Source of the DNA: Octopus vulgaris
Taxonomy: Eukaryota
Length of the DNA: 64,000 nt
NCBI GenBank assembly: GCA_951406725.2
Contig: OX597820.1
Span: 78,430,001-78,494,000 of the forward strand
Reading direction: 5' to 3'
Shown: in pieces, positions 26,991-42,447 of the stretch
Layout of the letters: every line of letters starts with the position of its first letter
How positions within the stretch are numbered: position 1 is the stretch's first letter
Notes under the pieces: generated by a model
What the model saw: only the letters and a program-made list of their open reading frames with translations
What the model was told of the DNA's origin: nothing
Database searches by the model: none
Position numbers and translations under genes: made by a program

Positions 26991-29900
26991 AGCAACACGA
27001 GCTTTCTATTGATTATATACAGCCTCGTATTGGAGGCAATAGAAATTTTAATCAGACTCTGTATTACATTCGTTCTTATGTTGTTCAATGCATTGATTTC
27101 TGAAATTCTCAAAGTCATTCTCACCAGTGAATGAATGTTCTTTTAATCCGTTTTTATATCATCTCTAGAAATTTCTTTAGAAAATTTCCAATGAATAATA
27201 TTCCAAAGAAGGAGAAAAAAATAAACTCTTCTTCTTCGAAGTCACTTGGGGGTTCTATGTATGTACGACAGCCAGATTATTTCACTACATTTAATGGCTG
27301 ATATGAAAGAGAAAGAAAATAAGAATAAGATCTCATAAATATCTTGCATGCATAAATGTAGCGTAGCTGCTTTTCCAATACATATTACAAGAAACCTACC
27401 TTGGTGTGTATATCATTATCCTTTTATATAAGATTTCAGGCTGATGTATAAGTGTACTATTATGTTCCAAGCAATTTCATAATAACGCATTAAAATGGTA
27501 AATCGATGAGAAGATGTTAAAAATGGTGATGATGCAATGCCACCAGAATAAAAGCATAGCGTTTATTAGTAAAGTCTCGGTGTGTTCTGGGTTCAGATCT
27601 TGATAGGAGGAAGAAAAATACTTGTTGCTGGGGCTTAGCTTCAGATCAAGCCTGATCGAAGGGAATTATAATGAAAAGCGTTTGAACTGTTATTATCGCA
27701 TTAAATCTTAAATATTTAGGACTACGTTATTCAATGATCAACTTTATAAAAAACAATAGAGTGCGATTTGAAGGGGTTTAGCTGCTATTTCTAAGATGTC
27801 GTGCAAGTCGAAGTATCTTCATCGGTTAATTATGGACTGTAGTACGTTTTATCTGAGATACGGACCTCCACTACAAATTCGTAGTTTTGAGTCAATACAA
27901 TAATTCACTTTCCTTATTCAGTGCTGAAAGAACAAGGTTCCTCTCATTACTCACTCTAAAACTTGAACATCGTGTTCCATTTTTTCAGTAAAACCAATAA
28001 GGGAACCGAGTTAACATGCGAGTTAATTTTGTTTTCGAAAATGCCTTCACTTATATTAGTATTGTAGAACTTCGAAAGGGATTCGTTCTACAGTATTCAA
28101 TTTCGCATTCCATATAAACTCAAGGCTACTTCCTTGTAACTAACATGTTGCCATTAAGAAGTTTCATACTAAACAAAATTGAGTAAAATATAAATATCCG
28201 GATAGATATCTGTCGAAAATATTACAATGACTTTTTGAAATTAGTATTTTAACAAGATGGAAATCAGTTGCTAGTTAAATATTCAACAACTAAACCTGAC
28301 AATAAATAAACAAATACTAAAACTTTGAGTTAAAATTAATCACTTAAGAATGATGAAATATACGCATTAAAAGTGAATTCGACGAAAGTTATAATTCCTT
28401 TTTATTTGCAAACAACTTTGAGAAAAAATTTATATTCGCCAAAGTTACATATAAATGAAATTAGATATGTTTTGATTTTAACATGTTCATATTGCCGTTG
28501 TTGTTGTCTTTAGTTTTACTACCTTTACACCAAGTTGATTCATTTTGGACTGAAGCATTATATTCAGAGAATGACAAAACCATCTGTTCTACCTTTCAAC
28601 TAATGGACTTTTGGAGGAGTAAAAATTATTTTTATTGTTTCAAATAAACTTAGAACAACTAATACACTAATGGATTTTGAGTTACCTTTTTGCTAAACCA
28701 AAAAATATTTAATTTTTAAATGTGAAAAATGGCGACTAACGATAAGACAAAGCATTTTGTTTTATTTGAAGGTATTCGCCACCTGTATTACATACGATAC
28801 TAAGAGTCATCCAACTCCTACTGCTTTGATCTTTCTCCGAGTTAGACACCGGATGCAATTCCATAAAATCTAATATTTTAATGCATCTAGATGAAAGATC
28901 TAACAGACCGGGTTTATAGTTTGTCTATAATCTACTAGATCGGAAAATCTACAGCAAATGATATTATCTATTCATCCTAAAGAAATCCTATTACTGAGAC
29001 CCGAGCCAATGCTTTAAAATACTGTGAAGCCAATTATATTGGTCTTTCATTAGTTTTTATCACTGACCGAAAACAGATCCTGTATTATGAACTGTGAGAT
29101 ATCATCCAAACTTAAGTTCGTGGATACTTTGATTTGCTGTTCTTTTAATAGAAATTCGTGCCTGGGTATATCAATCCAGCTCCAAATGTTAGTCTGAATG
29201 AAGAGCAACTCCCAAGCAACCTATTCCTCGCTTTCACTTAGATTAGTTTTATGCATATAAACATTTCTATGTGATTTTATACCAATACATATTATATGTG
29301 TATGTGTGGTTATATATATTTATATGCGTACGTATACACACACGCACGCACTGGTATTTGTCTGTTTATGCGGCGGTGTTTCTATGCGCGTTTGTATGTG
29401 CATATGTGTGCGTATGTTTATATAAGTGCTTACGTGTAACTATATGTTTTGATGCATACATATACATACGTGTGCATATATTCGAGTGAATATTAATATA
29501 TATGTATATATGTGTGTATAGGTAGGGCTGCATGTGCTCGTTCCTTAGTATATACTAAACTACGTGTACTATTTTTGTAAGTTTACATTCTGAGAAATGC
29601 ATTTTATTAACGTTATTCTCTAACTATTATATGTGTTGCCTTCACGTTTTCTCAATCTTTGTGATAATCCTTTCAAAATTATTTCATCTATGCAGCAGGA
29701 ATTAATCCACGGTCGGGAAATTTTCTTAAGTATCTTATCTTTATATATCTTGAGTTAATCTGGAAGGTTGTCGAGATTAACTCAAAATTAGGCTTTAAAA
29801 TGTAGAAGGGGAAAAGAATGAAGAGTAAGATAGAAAAATGATGGAATGACGAAAATGATGTATACACAGTGACGTAACTAATAGAGGAGCAAGGGTAACG

Positions 29901-30867
29901 ACCACCCTCTTCTCGCTCCGGGCACATTTTTCAAATCTGACGCCTCTTTAACAAGTTTTTTAACTCTTTAGTTATCTACATCAATAGTCTGAAGTGTCAT
30001 ACATAAATGACATTGTAACCGAAACATGAGATCAAGGAATATAGAATAGAGTTACATTTATTATAACTAATGAAATATTTCGCGTAATATACGAGAAATG
30101 CGTTTGAAATTGTTTAGTGTGTATCATGGCGTCTCTTTTTTTTAATACTCGTTCCCCCTAACTTTAGAACCTGCTTAGCATGTGTATACAATGTTGTAAC
30201 TAAGCAGAGAAGAAAATAAATAAAGCAAGCTAACGATGACCAATTCTTGACCAATGTTATGAGGTCAAGGCTAATCTACATGAAAGCAACAAACTCGCAG
30301 GTCTACTAGTTAAAAGAAAAGGGAAGGCTATAAAGAAACTTCCAAACTGTTACTGTGGAACCGGAAGAGTGATGCGGTTGCCGTTGTTGGGCGAAAATTT
30401 TGCATTTCGTTTTAGATGAATTTAAGTAAATTTATTAGTTTTTGAGTGTTGTTGAATAGACTAAATGGCTCTTATACGAATTAGATTAACGTCACTCCTC
30501 TTCATACTATTGCGGTAACAGCATCAGCCATAATTCAGAGGATCTCCGAAGTGCTTAGGTTAGTATTTAATGGCAAAATTGAAACCGTCCCGTACATAGT
30601 ATCAGAAAAGACTACAGAGTTGCAATATGTTTATATTCCCAAAATCAAATTAACGTAAACCAAATAAAATTTCCATAACACAAATAACTTTCTATTACAC
30701 ACTTCAAAATCTTTATTATTCGCTGTAAAATATTAATTAAATATATTTCCGCTTCGATGGAAAATAAATAGATATACATCCATACACAAACACACACAAA
30801 CAAACAAGCAAATGCACATATATAGTTATATATACAAAAATATGCGTATATATATTTATACATACAT

Positions 30868-30909
<42 letters not shown>

Positions 30910-31706
30910 GTATATACATATATATATATATATGTATGCATATGCATATATAGATACATATATCTATCTATATATATATAGATAGATATATGTATATATA
31001 TATATGACTAAATAGATATATATGCATATATATGTATATATAGCTATATATACTTATATATGTATATATATGTCTATATATATATGTGTTTAGGTGTATG
31101 TATATGTGTGTGTGTGTGCGTGTGTGTGTGTATGTGTGTGTGTGTATGTGCGTGCGTGTGTATGTATCTGTGTGTGTATGTCGTAGGGGATATAACGTAC
31201 AGTTTTGCTTTCGCCCAGTGCTCAGATATAATTAAAAAAGTTTATTGCACATCTTCATTCATTATCTCACAGAAGACTTAAATACTCTTACAACCAGCTT
31301 CAGATGTGACTTACAAAAACATCAATTAAATGCATAGTAATCAACGAGAAATACATCAACAAATAGGTCTTGAGAATTCTCCATTCCAAGTAACGGCTTG
31401 AAAATTAAATTTGGTCTACACCAATTTAATCACTTTGTAAAAATTCTTTTATACGGAAGCAATAACAATCTTCCAATACAAATACCACTGAATCTTTGAT
31501 TACCATTCATAAGAGGGTTATACAACATCAAATATTTATCTTAATACGAATCGATAAATTTACTTCTTGGATTTGCATCCGTTTATTTACGCAGTCTGAA
31601 AACTTGTTTTACGCTAAACATGTATGTATGTTCATATGTGTATAGTATGTATGTATATATTGTTTATGTAAAAAAAAAGCACACACACATACATACATAC
31701 ACACAC

Positions 31707-31745
<39 letters not shown>

Positions 31746-33489
31746 GTCCGTGCGTGTATTCATAAATACAGCTATTAACGTGTATGTGCGTGTTTTTTGT
31801 GTTGCCTCTGAGTATAGAAAAATATATTTGAATAGATAAGATAGATGCATGCGTATATATGATTGAGTGAGGGGATGTTAGTGTATGTGTGTACGTGTGT
31901 ATATACATATGTACCTATGTATGTATAAGCAAATTCGTATATACATCACACATGCGCACACATATGCATACACCCTCACACACACATATCCACACCTATA
32001 TCATATAAATATATGTTTATATATATATATATATATATATTTAAGAACTAATCTACGTTTGGACGAAGAATATATGCTTCAATTTTTAAATTATTCATAG
32101 ATTGCAACTTATACATTGACAGCTACTCAATATAATTTTAATAATATTGTTTCTTAGGGCAAAGCCTTTGGCCTTATCGATATCATCTCGACAATGGAAT
32201 GGAAACTACAGCTCCACCAGCCACACTAGGACGTTATTCGCCGCAAGTCACTATCGCTTATCACAGATGAATAACTAGAAAAATGTCCCACAATTTAACA
32301 TATCTCGGATATATGATAAATAACAAAGATTTATTCGATAGAGTATTATTGATCATGCAGCTAAATAAAGTTTGTTTTACTGATTCTTTTGTCGTTTCTG
32401 ACACAACTTCACCATGACGCTATTGACTAAGTTGGTTGGTTATCGGTAAGTTCATTGTGTTTCCAATAATTCTACTGACATTGTATGTCTATTTCTACAG
32501 CGATTCTACATGCAACGTGATTGTTCTTCTAATGCCATTCTAAATCCAGCGCGATCCTACAATATCTTCAATTCCACTCCATATTTTCAATGATTTTCTG
32601 CTACAAATATGAGTCTAATCACATTATTATTATGCTTACACTGTATTTCGACTATTTTGTATCCGTCAATCCAAATTTTATTCCAGTATCATTGACTTCT
32701 AATTCGATTCCACTTTCGCAGTAATCCCCTTCCAATATAATACTATTTCTAATATGGTTTTAGATCCACCGAGAATCAAATTCTATGATCCTGCTGCCAA
32801 TGTGATGCCATTTTTAATATATTTATACTTCTAATATAATTTTGTTTCCACTTCCAATATGATTCCATTTTGTTTGTGTTTCCACATCCAAAGAGATATT
32901 GCTTTCAATAAAAATTCTATTTTTGATGTGATCCTGGTGAAGTCGCCCGTCGCAAATGACTGATGATTTGTCTCCCGTGATCCATCCATCCAATCGACAT
33001 TGCCTGTACAGTGGCACAGTGTGCCACACGTCGGGTGACCAAGCGATCGTAATGCAACATGAAATGAAATGTTTTTCTCAAGAAAACCACGCACCTGGAA
33101 TCAGACCAGGATCTTGCGATCGTGTGTGCATCGCCCTAACTACAAGGTCACACGATTTCGAACACAATGTGACCCTAATTCTTGTATAATAGTTCTTCCC
33201 CTGTGATTCTCCTTCCAGTATGATCCAATTTCCTCTGTGAAATACAAATGGGTTGTATTTTTAAAATCATTTTGTGGTCGATTGTAGTTATTTTCGCCGC
33301 GATTCTACAAGCACCGGGATGCAGTTTCAAATATTCTGCTGCTGTTCGAGGTAGCTTTGAAAATAGAACGTTTATAAATGAGGAAAATGAGATTTCTACA
33401 TATCGTTCAGATGTAGAACAATTTGGTCAACAGTGGTACATAACAATAAGGATATGTTTAGGTAGAAGAGCATTCTCGCAAGCTGCAAG

Positions 33490-33565
<76 letters not shown>

Positions 33566-33599
33566 ATATATATATATATGTATGCATGTATGTATGTCA

Positions 33600-33879
33600 C
33601 GTGACCGTGACCGACCAGACCATGAGATGTTGTTACACATCGCTGGTCACAATGCGTTCGCATTGTTTTAGCCTTCGAATGACGCCACCCCGCTGGCTAA
33701 GCGAGCATGCCAACAGAAGAAAGAGTGGGAGAAAGTGTGGTGAAAGAGTACAGCAGGGATCACCACCCCCTGCCGGAGCTTTTAAGGTGTTTTCGCTCAA
33801 TAAACACTCACAACGCCCGGTCTGGGAATTGAAACCGCGAGTCCGCTGCCCTAACCACTGGGCCATTGCGCCTCCACAT
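33600..33879 (-). mobile_element. tRNA-derived SINE, same head as 3212-3540 with a different tail
   Basis: Reverse complement TGTGGAGGCGCAATGGCCCAGTGGTTAGGGCAGCGGACTCGCGGTTTCAATTCCCAGACCGGGCG...TTTATTGAGCGAAAACACCTTAAAAGCTCCGGCAGGGGG. Confidence 0.8.
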
Positions 33880-34148
33880 GTATATAGTGAGAATTTACAA
33901 AAAAGCAAAAGACGAAGACGGGTGTGTAAACAAAAAACAGATGTATTAGTTTAACGCTCGGGAAGTAAGAAAGTATTTTGTTTCGACAGAAGGAACGCAG
34001 AAATAAACAGGGAAAGAAACTAGAAAAAGTTTTAGTGGCTAGTGATCTATCATGGCGAATGTCTGACAGAGCGGGTGACACAGGAGGGCTATGAAGAAGG
34101 GGAGATAATAAAGTATATATATATATATATATTCCTTTCCCATCGCTC

Positions 34149-34188
<40 letters not shown>

Positions 34189-34419
34189 CACACATCGCAA
34201 CAATGACTGATTGTCTTTCCATTTCTTGCGTTATTACTTCATGTGGCAGAGGAAATCTCAAAAAAATAAAATCCATTTAGTTGTTTGAAAGAGCGTCATA
34301 TACTGATAATTCAGTGTCCTCAAATATCTCTCGCAGGTCCCTGTATATTGATCAGGTATATATTTCAAAATCACAGCCAGTACATGAACATACGATAGAT
34401 AAGCATCCAGTCAACTTTC

Positions 34420-34797
<378 letters not shown>

Positions 34798-35490
34798 TAG
34801 ATAGATATAGATATAGATATAGATATAGATAGATATAGATATATACGTGTGTGTCCGAGTGTGTGTTACCAAGACACAGGGAGAGAGATACCAATGTATT
34901 ATATGTGGGTGTATATTTTTAAATTGATTTTCTAAGATGTTCAGCTGTATGTGTGCATAATATATGTATCTGTACATTGTTGCATCATACATGGATATAC
35001 AATGCTTTGGGGTGGAAAAAACTATACATTTAAGAAAAGGAACCTGTTTATTTATTCATTCTCTCAATAAAGATGCCAAACAGCCAATGATTTAAACTGC
35101 GAGCCTCGGGTTCCAGACAACTCAAAATCCATATCGTAATTGATTAATTGCAATATATGTCTATATTATTGCTGAAGGAATATAAAGTTACTATTGCAAA
35201 ATATGTGTGTGTATGTGTGGGTGTGCGTCTACATACATACACACACACACAAACAGACACATACACACACGCACACACACATATATATATGTATGGGGGG
35301 TGTATTTATATATATGTATATATATGTATATATGTGTGTGTGTGTGTATGTGTGTATGTGTGTGCTGATATTAGAGAAAAAGAACAAAAAAGCAAGGTAG
35401 GACCAGTATCTCAAGTCATTTACAATATTTAATTAGTGTAAGGTAAATTTGAGGCACTTAACTAATTAATTAGTTAATTAATCGTTAGGT

Positions 35491-35559
35491 GTTTTACAGC
35501 TGTTTCTGAGCTATGATAGGTTAGCATTTCCATACACTGGGTATTCCGTCATCAGAGAC
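35491..35559 (-). ncRNA. Hammerhead-ribozyme-like motif (type I, Penelope pLTR type)
   Basis: Minus strand GTCT-CTGATGA-(42 nt)-GAAAC AGCT GTA-AAAC: intact core and palindromic stem III, but stem II is poorly paired; related to 60760-60811. Confidence 0.5.
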
Positions 35560-35614
35560 AATGTGAGTATGTAGGAAAGTTCTAGGCTAGGAATTCACAG
35601 TTTATAAAGGAATA

Positions 35615-35840
35615 AAATAGTAGAGAGAAGAATAAAGAGTAAAGCAGTAGAAAGGAGAATAAAGAATATAGCAGTAGATAAAAGAATATTGATTAAAGCA
35701 GTAGATAGAAGAATAAAGAGTAAAGCAGTAGATAGAAAAGTAAAGAGTATAGCAGTAGATAAAAGAATAAAGATTTAAGCAGTAGATAGGAGAATAAAGA
35801 GTAAAGCAGTAGATAGCAGAATAAAGAGTAAATAATGGGA
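35615..35840 (+). repeat. 27-bp purine-rich minisatellite (AAAGCAGTAGATAGAAGAATAAAGAGT), about 8 copies
   Basis: Directly visible tandem units. Confidence 0.9.
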
Positions 35841-36379
35841 TAAGTGCAGGAAAGAATGAATGAGAGCGAAATTAAAATAATTTTTTTTTAAATAGAGATA
35901 ATATGCCTATATTATTCTTCATTAGGGCCGTTTGGCGGGGTGATAGGTCAGACGTTAAAATTTTGGTAAAGTGGAGGAGGAAGGCATTTATGGTTGTTAA
36001 TTAAATTGGTGAATTCTAGGTTAAGTGTGGTCATAAAGAATATTTAGTTCAGTGATCAGTAAGTGTTTTAATCCTATATATACTCCCTTAATTCAGGCAT
36101 CTATTTTTAACTATTTTTAGCTTTCTTACTGACCACTGAACTAAATATTCTTTCTGACCACACCGAACCTAGAATTCCTTTATTTAATTAATAGCCATAA
36201 ATGCCAAAACCTTAACGCCTGCTCTCACCCCGAAACGACCCAAACGAAGACTAATACTGGCATCTTATTTCTATCTTTATTTTTTTATTTTTCTCCGTTG
36301 ATTTGTATTTTACTTTCGTTTTCTTTGCCACACGTATCTCATTCCTTTCTTTTCTCTCTGTTTTTTTCTCACTCTGTAT

Positions 36380-36705
36380 ACTCTCATGGACCATTTTCGT
36401 GTCCAAAGGGCAGCTGATTTACACAATACAACGTGTGGTCCCACGCAACAATATCTGGCCGGTTGTGTTTTAATTTGGTGGATATTATAATTTTTAAGTC
36501 CTACCAATATTCTTTTGACCACTTGGTTTCGATGTAGTCACCTTCGTCTCCAGGAGTTCTCTTTTTTATGGTGTCCTCTTCCAGTCTGTTCTGCATCACG
36601 CCTCTTGGGAAGATAATATCTGGAAGACATTCACTCGCAGTCAGCAATAATGCGCTTGATGTCTTCAGTCTTGATCTTGCACAGCCTACATTTGCTGTCC
36701 GTCGA
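36380..36705 (-). pseudogene. R4/Dong-like (RLE) LINE C-terminal remnant
   Basis: TDSKCRLCKIKTEDIKRIIADC (CCHC-derived), MSSRYYLP, KHNRPDIVAWD and ISCPLD motifs across shifted frames. Confidence 0.7.
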
Positions 36706-37096
36706 ATGTATGTATATTTGTATGCATCTACACGCGCGTTCGCATAAACAAACGCTCATACACAAACGAAGGTATACATAAGGCAGTAGAGAGTGACTAC
36801 TTTTTCTGGTTGTCAAACTAGCACAAAGATGATTTATTGCAGGGATCATTAAAGAAATCAATATGAATATTCTTAAACATTGCACTTCAAACAATCGCTT
36901 TGTCATGTATCTTCGTAACAATAATGAAAGTAACCATTATTTTAAGACAGTTTAATTCATGTTATTTGTGTTTTATCAGTTTTATCAGCACGACCAGGGG
37001 CCATGTTCTTTTCAAATATTGTTTGAACGGATGTAGCATGTTAAGCTTTAACATTTTATATATGTATGAATGAATGAATGTATTTATGTATGAATG

Positions 37097-37402
37097 TGTT
37101 GTAAAGTGGGTTCCTCCAACTGATGTGATGTATAACTGCCGTTGTCCTGTAGTTGCTGTTTTACGCTAGTAGCCACAATAGTTACTAGTCAGCAGATATC
37201 GTTGTATCTTTTGGTACCGGAATAGTAATACACTAACTTCTGTCTTACTACCGCTGATAGATCCACAAGACACTGGCTAGAACGGTCGACTCTCGACTCT
37301 TCGACTTTCGACTCTCTCTTGACGACCGGCTACTGGTCTATTTATGATGGCTGGCTCCTACCACTTTTTACCGGGAGGGGTATACAGTTTCACTACACGA
37401 CA
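37097..37402 (-). mobile_element. Probable solo LTR (~306 bp)
   Basis: Starts TGTTGTAAAGTG, ends CACTACACGACA (TG...CA with short inverted termini); flanks GAATG / GTATG (4 of 5 TSD match); higher GC than the TATG-type repeat it interrupts. Confidence 0.55.
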
Positions 37403-38607
37403 GTATGTATGTATGTGTATCGGTATGTATGTTTGTGTGTGTATATCTGATTATCGGTGCATGTGTTTATCAATGTGGTCATGCGTGTAATCAAACAGGA
37501 CTCTACATATGTTTGTTTGCAAAAAATAAAATTACTGTCTCGAGTACGGTTAAACGCCGGTTTCCATGGCGTTCAACTGAACGAGCTCATAACACAACCA
37601 TTCAACGAGATGGCAATCTATCGCAGGGTTATTATTTTACCACAGAGTGAATTGGAGAAGAATGAAAGGAAGTGTTTGTTCAAGAACACAACGCACCGGC
37701 TACTCCGGGAATCGAAATCAGATCGCAAGATCGTCAGTGTAACACTCTAACCACTGACTCATGTGCCTTTAGGTTTGTATGTACGGGTATGTAATATGAA
37801 ACTGAAAGAAAACATCATTCAGACTTCAAAGGTCATTGTAAAGCTGCAGAAATATTTATTGAAAGACGTGAAGTGGAAATTTATCAATAGAATTTGATGC
37901 TGGCAATACATTTCGGAAACGATAATGAATAATTACTATCGGATAAAGTGAGAAATAATGTCACGAATATTGCAGGAAAGAAGGAAAGTTCTTAACTTTA
38001 CATATAATATTTCAAAATATATTCAAACAGCTCATAATTCAAGAGGGAAAAAACTCAGGTTCCCAACTGGACGACAGGAAAGTTGGAGCACGGAAACTGT
38101 GAACATTTCTGTTAAAATATACTAAAGAATAATCTAGATTTACGTACTGAGTTCTATAATTAATCACTTCTCGCTCATTCAACAGATATTCAAATAGATA
38201 TATATATAAACTTAAATAATCGGAAAATGGAGAAAACTTTAGATCAACAAACAAACAAGTTGGACCACATCTGTGGATTATTCTTTAATACAAAACATGA
38301 CATAACATTTATGTCACATGTCATACTTTGTATTAAGAATAATCCACAGATGCGGTCCGACTTGTTTGTTTGTTCATCTGAAGTTTTCTCCATTTTCTGT
38401 TTATTTAAATTTGATTCCAGATAAACTTTTTGTTTATTCTGTTGTCATATGTATCCTACGAGCATAGTGTGCCTTCATACCCGTGCCCTGGGATAGTATA
38501 GGCAACAAATACCGATAGCAAATTCGGATATGTTATCTCTTAGTCAGTTACTATAACCGCTAACTCTGCTTACCTTTGGTATTTATATACATATATATAT
38601 ATTATGC

Positions 38608-38675
<68 letters not shown>

Positions 38676-39909
38676 GTCCATATATACATATATATGCATG
38701 TGTGTTTGTTTGTGTAAGTATGTAAACATACGGGATGACAGAGATAAACATGGATGCGCTCGCATACAAATATAATTTCAAATATACTTAAGGCATGTTC
38801 GAACGCATAAGAATGTTATTCACTGTATTTTGCTTTTGGAGAAAATTGCTCGCTGTAGAGAAATACGTGTAAACACACCGAGTCAGTTCACAGCGTTCCC
38901 TAACCAGATTGTGGGTCGTATGCATTTCGGAGTGGTTATCTCTTCCTCAACAACAGAGACCGAGAAAGGCAGACGCTGCGAACTGACACGAGAGACAATC
39001 CCCCCCTTATGTTATTCCCGTCATCGTTTAATGACTGGTGGTGCTATACAGCAGCTCCCCTTAAATAAAATGTAGGGCGACAGCGCTAAGCAGAGATATG
39101 TATACATACAAACTTGTTACCAGTTTAAATATACTGGAGGTATATTTGAAACTGTAAGAAAGCTATTCACTGCCTTTTGAACACAAGTTGCTTATAAACA
39201 ATTCTTTCGTATTTCAATGTACGTATAGATGTAAGTATGTATACACACACATTCATACACATACATACACACACGCATACCCAGACACAAAAATATATGT
39301 ATATGTGTTGCAATGTGTATGTGTATAAATACATATACGCATTATATATGTATGCACGTATGTATGCACCAAAGTATGTAAGTGACTATGTATGTTTGTG
39401 TGCAAGTATTTAATGATATTGGACGAAAACATTATTGTTATTCAGAGTTCAAAGGACAAACTGAAACAACATTTATGTATATTAAAAGGGGAGAAATGAG
39501 AATTTATGAAGGGAATATATTTCAAATAAAGTGATGAATAATTATTATAAAGATAACAAAGATGTAGACAAGGTTACGAATATTACAGAACTATTGCAGT
39601 TATTCATTGCAAATGATAAACGAGAAGTCATCGTTTACTTTTCTAAATGACAAATATATCGTTTCGGCAAAAATCATGTAATTTCTCTGCGAAATGATCC
39701 GGGTTCTATCGAATGCCATAAAGTTTCCACCTGGTATTGCTTCTGCGAATTCGATGTACATAGGATGTGAAGATGCAATATGTATTCCGTTAATATATGT
39801 AAGATTTAACTGTTTGAGAGGGCTTATGCGCGTATGTGTGCGTATTCTTGGGCTAATGTAAATAACGCTAATTCCATATAAAATATTGGTCACTATGGTT
39901 CTAAATACG

Positions 39910-40520
39910 TTACAAATAGTGCCACAATCGTTTAATGGTTTTGTCCACTCCTTTGTTCTTTAGATGCCAAGCATACCGTGACAAAGTAGTGCATTTCCCT
40001 GTGCGATTGTATCTGAAAGAATAGGTGCCTGTTGAATGAGTTACTGGTAAGTCTAACAAGCGTTTTCCGTAACATTTATAGTACATCATCAACTTTATGC
40101 ACCGCTTGCTAGTATAACGACTCAATATGCAGTTAATTATTGTACACGAACAATTTACTATGAGTAAAATTATATCTAATTACTCCTCTAACAATCAATG
40201 CTTATCAACTTATAGAACCGACATAGAAATTATAAAAAAAAGAATTTTCAGTCACATCAAAAGTTCACTCGATATGTACATCAAGGGGAAAAATCTAGGG
40301 GAAAAATCTATTTCATGGTCAAAGTAAAATGAGTTTATAAAATACAAAAGAATAACGAATAGAAAATCCTACCACCAAGTATACTGAAACTGGAAAGATA
40401 AAACCCTTAAACGTTTACCTTATGCACAATTGAGATGGTTGTGAAGATCGCCTTGAAGACCAGTATTTTGCATAAGAGTAAAGAAGTGTTTTCTTCTTTG
40501 CACAAAAGAAAACACATATC
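39910..40520. pseudogene. Two decayed Penelope-like GIY-YIG C-terminal remnants in opposite orientations
   Basis: Minus strand: TYSFRY...TTLSRYAWHLKNKG (cf. SF...TELSKYIW.LK). Plus strand: KKRIFSHIKSS...LCTIE...HKRKH. Motif resemblance only. Confidence 0.4.
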
Positions 40521-40689
40521 AAGCCTTTAAACATACACCCTTTGCGGTGGAACACTCCTATCGTACGTGTCTGTAACTAGATAACTTAAGTCGGCATATA
40601 AAGCTTTTTTTGTGAGACATGCACTTACGAAGACATTAGTTACACGCAGATGGCGAGAAAAATCATCGCTTCCAACCTAGGGCTTAGCA

Positions 40690-40885
40690 AAGATTAAGGC
40701 GATCAAAATACTTAGGCGTATTTCGTTCATCTTTACGTTCTGAGTTCAAATTCTGCCTAGGTCGGTTTCGCCAGTCATCCATTCGGGGTCGATAAAATAA
40801 GTACCAATTGAGGACATAGATCGATGCAACTGACTTACCTCTTCTTCCTTAAATGCTGGCCTTGTTCTAGAATTTGAAACCAATA
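40690..40885 (+). mobile_element. SINE family B copy
   Basis: TTACGTTCTGAGTTCAAATTCTGCCTAGGTCGG...ATTCGGGGTCGATAAAATAAGTACCA...GCTGGCCTTGT. Confidence 0.7.
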
Positions 40886-42447
40886 TTAGGCAAAGATACT
40901 TGAAATCTAAATTCTATTGCAGACATCGAATAGTTCAAATTTAATTTAAATTCACATGTAGCCGAGTTAACTGCATAGTATCACCCGTTATTGCACCCTT
41001 ATATTTAAGCACCTCCAGACTTAACAATAGTAGCCGCTCAAACATGTACAGTAAAAACTACGCTTCACAGTCCTAGTTAGGATGCCTCGGCTGAGTAATT
41101 ATTTCGTCAGTGGAATTTTGATAGATTGCAATTATGCAATACGCTGATTGAGATAAACAAGAATACTCAATACAGGATTTAGAGTATGATTATTAAATTT
41201 ATTCGGTTATTACGATTTATATCGCCACTCAAAGTGTCTGTGTGTGTTTCCTCACACCGTAAATAATGGCGAAAACATTAACATTACAATGAAATTCATG
41301 ATAGTTTCATAACACGATCGTCCTGTTGCCCGACAAAAATAGTGTCTGAATAATACATAAATCATGTAATGAGTCAGCAATATTTAAAAATATGGAGAAT
41401 AGTTCAGCTTTCTAATTGAAATTGAAATTATTTAAGATATATAACTTAAATCTTAATAATGATTGGAATTTAATTAAATTAAAGTAAAGTAAATCAAAGT
41501 TAAATTTTATCAAAACAAATTAAAATTGCTGTCCTTTAAATTTCATGAATTAAGATATTCGAGCTATTTCTATCCTTACAATAAAATTTAAACGACAACC
41601 GAATAATAATCAAATTTTTAATCACTTAATACGTTATTATGTTAAGACATTAAATACATCACACAACTCGTTCTCTGTAACTCTGTTCATGTGACCCAGT
41701 TACTTTCAATAAATTCATGTTCGGCATTTCAAACACATCTGGTCACGTATACACAAAACAGATTTTAAATTATTTGTTTCTCGTTTAAATTGCGTCTCAT
41801 TAAAATTCGTGTAAGAGAATGCATCTTTTATATTACTTCTTATACTTGTTTCTCTCATTGCACTGCGACAATGCTGCGGAAAAACCTCGGGGGGTTTAGT
41901 TGAAGAAAATTGAACCCTTAATCATTTTTTTTTTTGTCTGTTACATGTTCAATCGCTCCTTTTGCCGAACACTGGTTGCCAAACTGCGAGAAGAGAACAA
42001 ACAGTACCCAAAAACACACACGTACATATATATATATTATATATATATAAATTGAGCGGAGCAGGTAAAATCTAGGCTACATATGTTTCCTGGCTAGTAG
42101 ATCTTCAGATGTAATAATTAGTCAACGTGGTGTACTCGGTCAGTTATTCATCAGGCCGAAAATATCTTAATTATATGAAGGTTACATTGCCGTTGAGGGA
42201 TCCCAAATTAAGTCGCCAAAGATAATTTGAAAATTATGTTTTCAGTGAGTTAACTTGGGATTCATTAATGACAATGTAACCTTCATATTATTAAGGTACA
42301 TTGTGCACAATGTGTGTGGATCCTCATAAGATATCAGTTAGCCCGAGGATATAGTAAAGGAAAGATTTGTCGAAGGTGCCAAGCAGTGAGACAGCCCATG
42401 AAACCACATGGTTGCAATACAAGTCTCTTAGCCATATAACCATGCTT

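Noticed and set aside
26532-27134. Poly-T, poly-V and poly-P ORFs as mucin-like genes
   Set aside because: Pure trinucleotide microsatellite open on both strands.
28740-29230. Possible piggyBac transposase remnant (INPAPNVSLNEEQLP resembles YNPG.N.SIDE)
   Set aside because: Single weak motif, many stops, no TTAA or TIR identified.
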